Source: an uncultured Acidobacteriota bacterium
GTDB taxonomy: Bacteria > Acidobacteriota > Thermoanaerobaculia > Gp7-AA8
Assembly (NCBI GenBank): GCA_963822445.1
Contig: CAWGHO010000002.1
Location: 1,472,001 to 1,536,000, forward strand
Direction of reading: 5' to 3'
Length of the DNA stretch: 64,000 bases
Of this stretch, positions 37,672 through 47,227 are shown piece after piece. Under the pieces are notes generated by a model. The model worked only from the letters and a program-made list of their open reading frames with translations, searched no databases and was not told the DNA's origin. Position 1 is the stretch's first letter. The number at the start of each line of letters is the position of its first letter. Both the position numbers and the translations under genes were made by a program.

Positions 37672-39323
37672 CAGCGTTCTCCGGCCGCCGGAAAGACCGG
37701 CGTGAGGTCGACCGGGATGTCCTTCATCTTCGCGATGATCGACTCGATCTCCGGATTCGACACGCCGTACTTCGTGAGCAAGCGTTGCGCCCGCGCGTAG
37801 TCGCCGGTGGCCTGGGTGACGAGGATCTCCGTCGTCAGGTCGCGGACGCCCTCGCGGATCTTCGCGAAGTCGACGGTGAACGTGCCGTTCGCCGCGGGCA
37901 TGATCGCGCCGCGCTCGCGCAGCCAGTTCCACTGCACCGCGGTGCCGCGTCCGTGAGCTTCGTCGATGCCGAAGCGCATCGAGCGGAACATCAGTCCCGC
38001 GTACGTCGCCCACTGCTGGCGCTCGCTGAACGACGTCAGCAGACCGTTGTCGCGCGCGTAGAGCATGTTCCACTCGCCGAGCACGTCCGCCTTGCACTCC
38101 TCCATCGCCGAGTAGGTTTCCTTCAGCAGAAAGCGGACGTCGACGCGCTCGCCGTTCGGCTGGGTGATCAGTCCCGGCCCGAGGCCGTGGGAGAGCTCGT
38201 GAAAGAGGACGTGGTTGAAGTAGGCGTCGAAATTCAGCAGATCGCGCTGGGAAGCATCGAGCACGCGCAACGCGATCGGCTGGCCGCTGATCCGGTACTT
38301 CGCATCCATCACGTTCTTGAGCAGGACCTTCTTCGAGCCCTTCTGCTCGCGCACGACCTCGTCATTCGGCAGATTGAAGGCCGCGGTCTGCACGCCGCGG
38401 CGCGCGTCACCGGCGGTGTAGATCTCCTGCACCACGCGGATCGGGGACTCCGTTCCGCGGTTCGGGTTCTTGTACTCGTCCGGCTCGGGGAGGTTGCGCT
38501 CCATGGCCGGCAGATGCTGCGCGTACGCGGCGAGCTTCTCCGTCTCCGGCTTGTCCACGACCGTGACGAACGACTCGAACGCCGCCTTGTAATTGAAGAG
38601 CGCGTCCTCGTAGACCTCGTACGGTCCGATCACCACTTCGATCGGGCCCTGCAGGTCCATCCAGGCCATGTCGCTCTCGCGATAGTTGTCCTTGAAGAAC
38701 GCGTCGGCGAGCTTGGTCAGGTAGTCGCGCAGGCGCATGTCCGTCGTCAGTGCCGCGGCCTCGCGCAGCTTTGCCGCGGCCGGTTCGAGCTGGTCGCGGT
38801 AGTGGACCGAGTAGGGAATGGTGATCAGCTTGTCGCCCTGCCGGCGAACGACGGTGAAGAGTCCCTGCAGCGCGTCCTTCTGATCGGGATGCGCGGCGAT
38901 GTAGCTCTCCAGTTCTTCCTTGGTCATGTCCGCGGGATAGAAAGCCGCGCCGGCGGGCTTCTTCGCATCGCCGATGAACGGATGATCTTCATCGAGGCGA
39001 TCCCAGGGACCCTTGCTCGCGAGAAAGTAGTCGTAGCCCGCGCGATCGAGCGGCGAGTCATCAGCCTGCGCCGCGAGCTGTTTGCGCCACTCCGGGTTCT
39101 GCTCGGACACCTGCCGCCAGTAGATCTCGTCGATGTGCTTCGAGGCCTCGATCAGCTTGGCCACGACCTGCCGCTCGTTCTCGTTGAGCAGGGAGCGGTC
39201 GTAGTCGATCGGCGTCAGCGGCAGTTGCGCGAGCCGCGCCGGCGTGTCCGGTGAAACGGGCAGCTTTGCGGTCTGGCAGGCCATCGGGAGAACCGCGAGC
39301 AGGATGAATAGAAGCTTTTTCAT
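37671..39323 (-). CDS. Peptidase M49 (dipeptidyl-peptidase III-like) lipoprotein
   Basis: LPMAC lipobox-like, IGPYEVYED, AFNLPND, FHELSHGLG, EECKAD. Confidence 0.88.
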   Translation of the reverse strand: MKKLLFILLAVLPMACQTAKLPVSPDTPARLAQLPLTPIDYDRSLLNENERQVVAKLIEASKHIDEIYWRQVSEQNPEWRKQLAAQADDSPLDRAGYDYFLASKGPWDRLDEDHPFIGDAKKPAGAAFYPADMTKEELESYIAAHPDQKDALQGLFTVVRRQGDKLITIPYSVHYRDQLEPAAAKLREAAALTTDMRLRDYLTKLADAFFKDNYRESDMAWMDLQGPIEVVIGPYEVYEDALFNYKAAFESFVTVVDKPETEKLAAYAQHLPAMERNLPEPDEYKNPNRGTESPIRVVQEIYTAGDARRGVQTAAFNLPNDEVVREQKGSKKVLLKNVMDAKYRISGQPIALRVLDASQRDLLNFDAYFNHVLFHELSHGLGPGLITQPNGERVDVRFLLKETYSAMEECKADVLGEWNMLYARDNGLLTSFSERQQWATYAGLMFRSMRFGIDEAHGRGTAVQWNWLRERGAIMPAANGTFTVDFAKIREGVRDLTTEILVTQATGDYARAQRLLTKYGVSNPEIESIIAKMKDIPVDLTPVFPAAGER

Positions 39324-39371
39324 GAGGCGGGATTCTATTCGAGCGGGCGAATCTGCTAAGTTTCACGCCTT

Positions 39372-39950
39372 GTGATCATCGAGTGTCCGAGTTGCCAGGC
39401 GAAGTACAACTACGACGAGGACCGTTTCGACAGGAAGCCGTCGAAGAAGATCAAGTGCGCGCGCTGCCAGCACGTCTTCGAGATTCACAATCCCGCCTTC
39501 GCCGTGAAGGACGACACCGCGCCGCGAAACGAGCTGGATGCGACGTCGGCGAAGCCGGTGCCGAAGGTGGTCGAAACGACGGAGCAGTCCATCATTCCCG
39601 ATTCGCGCCGCACCGATAAGCACGAGCCCGCGCTGGCCATGCCCCCGGGCCGCCGGCTGTCGCTGGCGATCCTCGACGGTCCCGACGCCGGCCAGGTCTA
39701 TCGCATCGAGAAGCCGCGGATCACCATCGGCCGCTCCGGCGCCGATCTCACGTTGAACGACAACGAATCGTCCCGCCTGCACGCCGCTGTCGAAGTCCGG
39801 GACATGCTCATCACCGTCTCCGACCTCGGCTCGACGAACGGCACGCTCGTCGGCGGCGAGAAGATCTCCGAGGCGGTCGAGCTGAGCAACCAGTCCGAGT
39901 TCCAGGTCGGCGCGACGACGCTGATGCTGATCGTCACGGAAGACGCGTAG
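39372..39950 (+). CDS. Zinc-ribbon (MJ0042-type) plus FHA domain protein
   Basis: CPSC...KCARCQHVF; FHA motifs IGR, SRLHA, DLGSTNGT. Confidence 0.88.
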   Translation: MIIECPSCQAKYNYDEDRFDRKPSKKIKCARCQHVFEIHNPAFAVKDDTAPRNELDATSAKPVPKVVETTEQSIIPDSRRTDKHEPALAMPPGRRLSLAILDGPDAGQVYRIEKPRITIGRSGADLTLNDNESSRLHAAVEVRDMLITVSDLGSTNGTLVGGEKISEAVELSNQSEFQVGATTLMLIVTEDA

Positions 39951-40732
39951 TGCTCGCGCTCTACCGCCATCGCCAGCTCATCGCGGCGCTCACGGCGCGG
40001 GACCTGAAGGCGCGATACCGCGGCTCACTCCTCGGATTTTTCTGGTCGCTGGCCAACCCGCTGATGCTGCTGGCGGTCTACACGCTGGTCTTCACGAAGT
40101 TCTTTCCCCAGCAGGTCGTGCAGCCGTATCCGCTGTTTCTCTTCTCCGGAATCCTGCCCTGGACGTTTTTCGCCGCTGCGGTGCTGGAGTCGACCACCTC
40201 GATCTCGGCGAACGCGGGTCTGATCAAGAAGGTGATGTTTCCCGCGGAAGCGCTGCCGATCGTGGTCGTGCTCTCCCACCTCGTCCACTTCCTGCTGGCG
40301 CTGCCGATTCTGCTCGCGGCGATTCTGGTGTTCGCGGCGCTGGGCAAGTTCGACATCAGCTGGACGGTCGTGCTCGCGCCGGCGCTGATGCTGCTGCAAA
40401 CGCTTTTCGTCGCCGGGATCGCGATGACCGTGTCGTCCGCATCGGTGCTGTTCCGCGATCTGCGGGACATCATCGCCAACCTGATGCAGCTCGGCTTCTT
40501 CGTCACGCCGATCATTTACCTGATCGACAACATCCCCTCGCGCGCGCTGCGGGCCATGCTGCGGATCAATCCCATGACGCCGTTCGTCGTCGCGTACCAG
40601 GACATTTTCTTCTTCGGCCGCGTGCCGAATCTCTCGGATGCGATTCTGATCGTCGCCTACGCGGGAACGTCGCTGGTGATGGGGTTCTTCGTGTTCGATC
40701 GCCTCCGCGACACGCTCGCGGAGGCGATCTGA
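39950..40732 (+). CDS. wzm: ABC-2 polysaccharide export permease
   Basis: RDLKARYRGSLLGFFWSLANPL, LIKKVMFP, FRDL, FFVTPIIY, NPM. Confidence 0.9.
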   Translation: MLALYRHRQLIAALTARDLKARYRGSLLGFFWSLANPLMLLAVYTLVFTKFFPQQVVQPYPLFLFSGILPWTFFAAAVLESTTSISANAGLIKKVMFPAEALPIVVVLSHLVHFLLALPILLAAILVFAALGKFDISWTVVLAPALMLLQTLFVAGIAMTVSSASVLFRDLRDIIANLMQLGFFVTPIIYLIDNIPSRALRAMLRINPMTPFVVAYQDIFFFGRVPNLSDAILIVAYAGTSLVMGFFVFDRLRDTLAEAI

Positions 40733-40741
40733 AACGCCGGC

Positions 40742-41470
40742 CTACGGTCTGTACTCTTTTGCCAGGACGAACTTTCCGTCGTTCGTGCTGTTCGAGACCA
40801 CCACCGCGTAGCAGACCGCGGCCTCCTGTGGTTCGAACACGATGTAGCCATCGACTACCAGGGAATTCACGGCTGTCTGACCCCAGGCGTTCCCCGGCAA
40901 TTCCAGGTTCACTGTGCCGCCCGCCGTTCCGAATCTGCTGTAGACGGTGCCCTGAATCGTGTTCGGGTTTGCTGATTGATTGAAGCAGCCGACGTTCGTG
41001 CGGAACTGCCCGGTGACACTGATGCCCGCGGCAATCGACGGCGAGTCCGTTCCCGCGAACTCGAGCGTCGGGATCGACGTGCCGTACCGCTGCCCGTCCG
41101 TGTGCACCTCGGCCTCGACGATGAAGCGGTGGCTGGGATCGGCGCTCTTGAACGTCACCGCTCCTCCGCCGACGTAGCCGTTGAACATGACGTTCAGAAA
41201 GTTCGCATAGAACTTCAGCTCGCCCGGCGCCAGCGTGATCGTCTCCGTCCGCTTGGTGCCGGCCGGGTTGTGCAACGTGATGTCGATCGGGAACGCGACC
41301 GAAGTCGGATTCAGGATGGCCACGTACGTCTTGAAGCTGGCCCCGGCGCCGGGCGTATTGCCCATCACCGGCACGGTCTGAAAGTCGGAGGCAAAGCTCG
41401 ACGGCGCGACGCGCTGCGCGAACGCGGGAATGGCACAAATCGCGAGAAGAACTAACAGGAATCGTTTCAT
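40742..41470 (-). CDS. Secreted hypothetical beta-rich protein, paralog 1
   Basis: Signal peptide MKRFLLVLL..AFA|Q; VPVMGNTPGAG, FRTNVGCFN, AVCYAVVVSNSTNDG. Confidence 0.75.
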   Translation of the reverse strand: MKRFLLVLLAICAIPAFAQRVAPSSFASDFQTVPVMGNTPGAGASFKTYVAILNPTSVAFPIDITLHNPAGTKRTETITLAPGELKFYANFLNVMFNGYVGGGAVTFKSADPSHRFIVEAEVHTDGQRYGTSIPTLEFAGTDSPSIAAGISVTGQFRTNVGCFNQSANPNTIQGTVYSRFGTAGGTVNLELPGNAWGQTAVNSLVVDGYIVFEPQEAAVCYAVVVSNSTNDGKFVLAKEYRP

Positions 41471-41528
41471 CTGGTTGGTCTCCTTGTAGGGAGACAGATT
41501 AGTTCCGTCATGCCCCTGGAGCAACCGG

Positions 41529-42251
41529 CTACGGCTCGTACTCCGTCGCTGGAATGAACCTTCCATCATTCGTACTGTTCGTCACCACCACCGCGTAGCA
41601 GACCGCGGCTTCCTGCGGATCGAACACGACGTACCCGTCGGTCACCGCGGCGTTCACGCCGGTCTGGCGCCACGCGTTCGCCTCGAGATCGAAGCTCAGC
41701 GTGCCGAGGACCTGGCCGGACTTGCTGTAGACGGTTCCGCTGACGGTTTGCGCGACGGCGGACTGATTGAAGCAGCCGACGTTCGTCCGCGAGCCCGCAT
41801 CGACGCTGATGCCCGCGGCGAACGAGCGCGAGCTCGAACCCGCGAACTCGAGCGCGGGAATCGACGTGCCGTAACGCGCGCCGCTCGTCCAGACTTCGAC
41901 GTCGACGATGAACCGGCGGCTCGGGTCGGCCGTGCGGAACGTGACCGCGCCGCCGCCGACGTAGCCGGAGAAGACGGCATCGAGGAAGTTCGCGTACGTC
42001 TTCAGTTCACCCGCGGCGAGCGTGATCGTCGCCGCCCGCGTGTTTCCCGCCTGGTCGTACAGCGTGACCTCGACCGGGAACGCGGCCGCGGTCGGATTCA
42101 TGATCGCCACGAAAGTCTGGAACGTGGCGCCGGCGCCGGGCACATTGCCCATGACCGGAACGGTCTGGAAATCGGATGCGAAACCGTTCGGCGCGACGCG
42201 CTCCGCGAAGATCGGGATCGCCAGCAGTAAGAGTGCAAAGAGTCGTTTCAT
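41529..42251 (-). CDS. Secreted hypothetical beta-rich protein, paralog 2
   Basis: MKRLFALLLLAIPIFA; colinear with and highly similar to 40742-41470. Confidence 0.75.
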   Translation of the reverse strand: MKRLFALLLLAIPIFAERVAPNGFASDFQTVPVMGNVPGAGATFQTFVAIMNPTAAAFPVEVTLYDQAGNTRAATITLAAGELKTYANFLDAVFSGYVGGGAVTFRTADPSRRFIVDVEVWTSGARYGTSIPALEFAGSSSRSFAAGISVDAGSRTNVGCFNQSAVAQTVSGTVYSKSGQVLGTLSFDLEANAWRQTGVNAAVTDGYVVFDPQEAAVCYAVVVTNSTNDGRFIPATEYEP

Positions 42252-42267
42252 CGGATCAATCTCCTGT

Positions 42268-43788
42268 TCACGGCTGCGGAGTGTTCGGGTTGGGGATGTC
42301 CGGCACGGGAGGCACGTTCGTACCGCCATGGCCCTGCAGCAGGCCGTTGTGCGCCGGCGCGAGGAACGGGAAGCGGGAGAGGAAGTTCTTGTCGTTCACC
42401 TCGACGCCTTTCGCGAGCCCGGCGCCCGGATCACCCGCCGCGATGAGGCTGATCAGGACGGTGTTGACGTTGACCTGATGACTCGCGGCGCTCGTTCCGC
42501 CGCCGAGCCTGCGTCCGTTCGGAAACTGCGAGTTCACGGCGGCGTCGATGGTGATGACGTCGCCCGTCGATCCGTCGGCGACCGGAATCGGCCGGCCCAG
42601 GTTGATCGCGTTGACGATGTCGAGCCGCGGGCCTTTCAGCGTCGCGATCGCGCTGGCCGGAACGCCGAGGGCTTTGTAGATGCCGAGGGCTTCGAGATCG
42701 CGAACGAGCACGGGGAAGAGAATGTCAGCGCCGAAGCGGCTGACGTCCTTCATCGGATCGGTGCGCAGGTAGAGCGTGTGCCGAGCCGTTCCGACCAACC
42801 CGGCGTTGAACAGCGGCAGCGCGTTGCGCCCGACCTGCACGTAATTGCCCGAGCCACGAACGCCGGTGACGATGTTCGTGGCATCGACGGTCTGCGTGGC
42901 CTGGCGGCTGATGCTCGTCCAGACGCGCAGCAGGCTGTCGGTCGAATTCGCCATGAGCTGGCCGTTGTGGGGAATGCCGTTCGGGAAGAGATCGGAAGTC
43001 GGAATCTCCAGCGCGATCGAGAAGACGTTGAAGCCGGTGAACACGTCTTCGATCGGCGTGCTGCGCGCGCCGGCAATGCCGCCGAGGTCGCCGCGGCCGA
43101 GGTTCACCAGGTCGAAGATGCCCTTCTCGTCGAGCTGATAGGGATCGTCGAACTGCCCGGCGATGATCCGTCCACCGCCGCCGAGTGTGTGGATGAACGT
43201 GTCGACGAAAGACTGGTCGTAGAGCGCGTCCTGGCGGCTGCCGTTGTCGCCCGAGTCGTAGCCTTTGAACGCGCCGAGGCCGTAGACCAGGCGATCGGTC
43301 TGCGGGCCGTGATTGTTCGGGAGCACTTTGAGGTTCTCGCCGAGGATGACCGGATTCGGCTGACCGGGGGCCATGACACGCGTGACGGTCATGGTCTCGG
43401 TCCCGCCGGTGAGCTGCCACAGCAGCTCATTGCCGCCGCCGAGCGGATCGCCCGCGCTGGGCGCGGCCTCGGCAGCGAGCGTGTTCTTGAACTCGATCCG
43501 GTAGACCGCCTCATCCTTGAGGCTGGTGCCCTTGCCGATGTGGAACTCGTAGCGGTAGCCGTTGCAGGCGCGGAAGCCCTGATTGCCCTGCCCCGGCTCG
43601 TGAAGCGGGTTGAAATTCATGATCAGGTAGAGCTTGTCGTGCGCGCCGTCCGACACCCACGCGTAGGTGTCGGTGTTGTCCGCGCAGGGCTCGTTGAGCA
43701 CCGCCAGGGCTTCGCGGTGCGACGACCCGAGCGCCGTCGCGGCAATGAAGATCAGTAAAACGATCGAGAGAGTGCGTATCGATGCCAT
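42268..43788 (-). CDS. DUF4331-family secreted protein
   Basis: Signal peptide then SSHREA...DNTDTYAW; AGQFDDPY, GFNVFSIALEIP, YVQVGR, FPNGRRL, FPFLA. AGGAGG RBS. Confidence 0.85.
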   Translation of the reverse strand: MASIRTLSIVLLIFIAATALGSSHREALAVLNEPCADNTDTYAWVSDGAHDKLYLIMNFNPLHEPGQGNQGFRACNGYRYEFHIGKGTSLKDEAVYRIEFKNTLAAEAAPSAGDPLGGGNELLWQLTGGTETMTVTRVMAPGQPNPVILGENLKVLPNNHGPQTDRLVYGLGAFKGYDSGDNGSRQDALYDQSFVDTFIHTLGGGGRIIAGQFDDPYQLDEKGIFDLVNLGRGDLGGIAGARSTPIEDVFTGFNVFSIALEIPTSDLFPNGIPHNGQLMANSTDSLLRVWTSISRQATQTVDATNIVTGVRGSGNYVQVGRNALPLFNAGLVGTARHTLYLRTDPMKDVSRFGADILFPVLVRDLEALGIYKALGVPASAIATLKGPRLDIVNAINLGRPIPVADGSTGDVITIDAAVNSQFPNGRRLGGGTSAASHQVNVNTVLISLIAAGDPGAGLAKGVEVNDKNFLSRFPFLAPAHNGLLQGHGGTNVPPVPDIPNPNTPQP

Positions 43789-43818
43789 GCGGTTCCTCCT
43801 GTTTGTGAACGCACTGGT

Positions 43819-43859
43819 CTACGGGGGCCGGGAAATCCGCGGATCTGCGGCGGCCGTAG
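43819..43859. promoter_or_regulatory. Overlapping divergent ECF-type promoters
   Basis: Plus strand GAAATCC-N16-CGTAG (43832-43859) faces PAS-LuxR. Minus strand GATCC-N17-CGTAG (43845-43819) faces DUF4331. Confidence 0.55.
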
Positions 43860-43871
43860 GAAAACCTGCAG

Positions 43872-44456
43872 ATGCGGCCGATCCTCGATCGCCAGTTCCG
43901 GGCAGTGCTCGACTCAGCGCCTGACGGCATGCTGGTCGAGTGCGGCGACTGCATCGCCTACGTCAACGCCGCCTACGCCCACCTCCTCGGATACGAAAGC
44001 GCGACCGAGCTCGCCTCGGCGACAATCGGCGACATCGCCCATCCGGAAGACGTGGACCGTCTGCGCTGGTTCGGCCGCTGCCGCGCGGAGGGCAAGCCCG
44101 CGCCGACGCGGTACACCTTCAGCGCGTGCGCGCGCGGCGGGACCGTGGTGACGCTCGACGCGAGCATCTCCGCGGCGCGCTGCGACGGAGAGCTGCTGAT
44201 CACCACGATCGTTCGCGAGGTGCATGTCGCTCAAAAGCCTGCCTTGGAGTTGCCCGGGACGAAGCACCTGTCTCCGCGAGAGCGAGAGGTCCTGCATCAC
44301 CTGCTCGACGGAAAGCGCTCGAAAGAGATCGCGTTGCTGCTCGACGTGTCGGAGAAGACGATCTGGTCCCATCGGGCGCGGGCGTTCCAGAAGATGGCGT
44401 TGCGGGGCGTGGGCGATCTGTTTCGCGTCGCGGCGGAGGCGGGGTTGATCCGATAA
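43872..44456 (+). CDS. PAS-LuxR transcriptional regulator
   Basis: FRAVLDSAPDG..YVNAAY..LGY..HPED; LSPREREVL..G..SKEIA..VSEKTI. Confidence 0.88.
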   Translation: MRPILDRQFRAVLDSAPDGMLVECGDCIAYVNAAYAHLLGYESATELASATIGDIAHPEDVDRLRWFGRCRAEGKPAPTRYTFSACARGGTVVTLDASISAARCDGELLITTIVREVHVAQKPALELPGTKHLSPREREVLHHLLDGKRSKEIALLLDVSEKTIWSHRARAFQKMALRGVGDLFRVAAEAGLIR

Positions 44457-44467
44457 ACTCGCCCGCA

Positions 44468-45811
44468 GTGTCCGATTTCCCCATCGCCCTCGAAAACGTC
44501 TCCAAGAGCTACCGCCTCTGGGGCACGCGCTCGCAGTTCGCGACGCTGAAGAGCGCGCTGCTGAAGCGCGATCTGAAGATGGCGCCGGAAACGTCGATCG
44601 CGGCGATTCGCAACCTCTCCTTCGAGGTCCACCGCGGCGAGGCCTTCGGCATCATCGGCCGCAACGGCTCTGGCAAATCGACGCTGCTCAAGCTGATCTC
44701 GGGGATTCTCAAGCCGACGACGGGAAAGGTCGCCGTGAACGGCCGTGTCGCCGCACTCATCGAGCTCGGCGCGGGCTTTCATCCGGAGATCACCGGCCGC
44801 GAGAACATCTACATCAACGGGATCATGCTCGGCCTCACCCGGCGCGAGATCGACCAGCGCTTCGACAAGATCGTCGAGTTCTCGGGCATCTCCGAGTTTC
44901 TCGATCAGCCCGTGAAAACTTACTCGTCGGGGATGTACGTGCGGCTCGGATTCGCCGTGGCCGTGCATGTCGATCCGGACGTGCTGCTCATCGACGAAGT
45001 GCTGGCCGTCGGCGACGAGGAGTTCTCCGCGAGATGCATTGCCAAGATTCAGGAGATGAAGTTCCGCGGCGTGACGCTGCTCTTCGTCACCCATCAACTC
45101 GACCAGGTCCGCAATCTGTGCGATCGCGCGCTGTGGCTCGATCACGGCCAGCTCGAAGCGATCGGCGATCCGATGCGGGTCGTCGATGCGTATTTGCAGG
45201 AAGTGGCCGGCATCGCGCCCGCGCCGACGCCGCAGCCGGAAACGCCGGTGGCCGAGGAGAAGCGGACCGACGAGGAGGAACGCTGGGGCAGCGGCGAGAT
45301 TCTTCTCAAGCGCGTGGCCCTCACCGACGACCATGGTCGCGAGCTCGTGGCCATCGGCGCGGGCACGCCCGTGACCATCGATCTCGACGTCGAAGTGCGC
45401 GCGCCGCAGGAGGACTTCGTGTTCGGCATCGGCATCTACCACGCCGACGGAACGTGTGTTTACGGCACGAACACCGATCTCGAAGGCTTCGTGCCGGAAC
45501 GGATCGAAGGCTCCGCGCGCGTGCGATTCGTGATGCCGTCGCTCGATCTCGTGGCGGGCACGTATCGCGTCGATGCCGCCGTACACACGCACAACGGCCG
45601 GGCCTTCGACTATCGCCGCAATGTGATCCGCATCGTCGTCGGCTCGCGCGTCCACGACATCGGCGTCTACCGCCCGAAGCACGACTGGAAGTTCGACGGC
45701 GGAATCACCTTCAAGGCCATGGACTCGCTGCGGAGGAACGTGCCGGAAGCAATCGCCGAGGCGTTGCGGGAGGCCGAAGGCGATCCGGCAAAAGGGCGAA
45801 AGCGTCGGTGA
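44468..45811 (+). CDS. wzt: ABC polysaccharide export ATPase with Wzt C-terminal domain
   Basis: GTG start at 44468. GRNGSGKST, YSSGMYVRLGFA, LIDEVLAVGD, C-terminal RWGSG...YGTNT. Confidence 0.9.
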   Translation: MSDFPIALENVSKSYRLWGTRSQFATLKSALLKRDLKMAPETSIAAIRNLSFEVHRGEAFGIIGRNGSGKSTLLKLISGILKPTTGKVAVNGRVAALIELGAGFHPEITGRENIYINGIMLGLTRREIDQRFDKIVEFSGISEFLDQPVKTYSSGMYVRLGFAVAVHVDPDVLLIDEVLAVGDEEFSARCIAKIQEMKFRGVTLLFVTHQLDQVRNLCDRALWLDHGQLEAIGDPMRVVDAYLQEVAGIAPAPTPQPETPVAEEKRTDEEERWGSGEILLKRVALTDDHGRELVAIGAGTPVTIDLDVEVRAPQEDFVFGIGIYHADGTCVYGTNTDLEGFVPERIEGSARVRFVMPSLDLVAGTYRVDAAVHTHNGRAFDYRRNVIRIVVGSRVHDIGVYRPKHDWKFDGGITFKAMDSLRRNVPEAIAEALREAEGDPAKGRKRR

Positions 45812-45812
45812 C

Positions 45813-45884
45813 GTTACGACGTTGCGGGGTTACGGGGTTCTGAGGCAGTTGCCCCGCAACCCCGAAACCCCGTAACCTCGTAAC
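45813..45884. repeat. Inverted arrays of 8-mer repeats (GTTDCGGG / CCCGHAAC)
   Basis: Four plus four degenerate units; same family as 52395-52465. Confidence 0.75.
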
Positions 45885-45898
45885 AGAGGTCCCAAACA

Positions 45899-46657
45899 AT
45901 GGAAATGCCCTTCCTGATCGTCCTCGTCGTTCTCGGTCTTTACATCCTCAGCTCGATCAAGATCCTTCCCGAGTATGAGCGGGGCGTGATCTTCCGCCTC
46001 GGGCGACTGCTGCCTGAAGCGAAGGGGCCGGGCATCTTTCTGGTGTTTGCGCCGATCGACAAGATCGTGCGCATCTCGCTGCGGCAGGAGGCCTTCGAAG
46101 TACCGCCGCAGGACATCATCACCCGCGACAACGTCACGCTGAAGGTGAACGCGGTCATCTTCCTCAAGGTGACCGAGCCGCGTCGCGCGGTGGTCGAGGT
46201 CTTCGACTATCGCTACCAGACCTCGCAGTTCGCCCAGACCACGCTCCGCTCGGTCCTCGGCGAAGTGGAGCTCGACGACCTCCTCGCCCATCGCGATCAG
46301 CTCAACGTGCGCATTCAGTCGATTCTCGATCAGCACACCGAGCCGTGGGGCGTGAAGGTCGTGAACGTCGAGGTCAAGCAGGTCGACCTGCCGGAATCGA
46401 TGCTGCGCGCGATGGCCAAACAGGCCGAGGCCGAGCGGGAGAAGCGGGCGAAGCTGATTCACGCCGAGGGTGAGTTCGCGGCTTCGGCGCGGCTCGCCGA
46501 GGCGGCGCACGTGCTGGCCACGGAGCCCACCACCATGCAGTTGCGCTACCTGCAGACGCTGACCGAGATCGGCGTCGAGAAGAACACCACCATCGTCTTC
46601 CCGCTGCCGGTCGACATCCTGGCCGGCCTCGCCAACCTGAGCGCCAAGAGTAAATGA
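45899..46657 (+). CDS. Stomatin/slipin (SPFH) protein
   Basis: EYERGVIFRLGR, QTTLRSVLG, AMAKQAEAERE, LRYLQTL. Confidence 0.93.
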   Translation: MEMPFLIVLVVLGLYILSSIKILPEYERGVIFRLGRLLPEAKGPGIFLVFAPIDKIVRISLRQEAFEVPPQDIITRDNVTLKVNAVIFLKVTEPRRAVVEVFDYRYQTSQFAQTTLRSVLGEVELDDLLAHRDQLNVRIQSILDQHTEPWGVKVVNVEVKQVDLPESMLRAMAKQAEAEREKRAKLIHAEGEFAASARLAEAAHVLATEPTTMQLRYLQTLTEIGVEKNTTIVFPLPVDILAGLANLSAKSK

Positions 46658-47217
46658 GCGAGTTGCTGATGATGGAGGCGGCGCTCTTTCAACTGCGCGC
46701 GGCGGTGGGCGATGACCCCGAGCTGATGGCAGTCCGCATCAGCGCGGACGTGCTCGCGAACGCGATCCAGGCCGCGAAGGAGCAGGGCATCAACGCCGCG
46801 CGCGTCAACGACATCGAGTTCTCGCTCAACGATCTCGTGACCGCCATCGACGATGCCGGCGCGCCGGACGCGTTGTGTAATCCGGTGGCGTTGCTGCAGA
46901 ACGATGCCGCGTCGTTGCGCACGGCAACGGCGTTGCCGGCGCCGCTGGTCGGCGCGATCCGCGACCTGCAGGTGAAATTGAAGGCGCGGGCGAAAGCGAT
47001 GGAGCGCGGTCAGTTCCGGACCGAAGGATCGCCGGAAGAACCGCTGCCGCATCCGCCGGCGGAGTTGCGCGACGCCGCGGTGCCGATTGCGCGTCAGCTC
47101 GAAGCGGCGGGATTCGAGACGCCGGTTCTCAATGCGCTCATCGCCGACCCGGAGAACCTCCGCTACCATATGCTCAACGAGATGGTGGACGAGCTGGATG
47201 TGATCGCGGGCGCGTGA
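46654..47217 (+). CDS. Hypothetical alpha-helical protein
   Basis: ATGA overlap with the stomatin stop; typical codon bias; no recognised family. Confidence 0.65.
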   Translation: MSELLMMEAALFQLRAAVGDDPELMAVRISADVLANAIQAAKEQGINAARVNDIEFSLNDLVTAIDDAGAPDALCNPVALLQNDAASLRTATALPAPLVGAIRDLQVKLKARAKAMERGQFRTEGSPEEPLPHPPAELRDAAVPIARQLEAAGFETPVLNALIADPENLRYHMLNEMVDELDVIAGA

Positions 47218-47227
47218 GTCGCGCCGC

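Noticed and set aside
43940-44467. N-terminal extension of Wzt (623-aa track ORF)
   Set aside because: Overlaps the PAS-LuxR gene out of frame; ABC similarity begins at GTG 44468.
40733-44467. Calling the DUF4331 cassette a mobile element
   Set aside because: No transposase or integrase, terminal repeats or target-site duplication seen; reported only as an apparent insertion.
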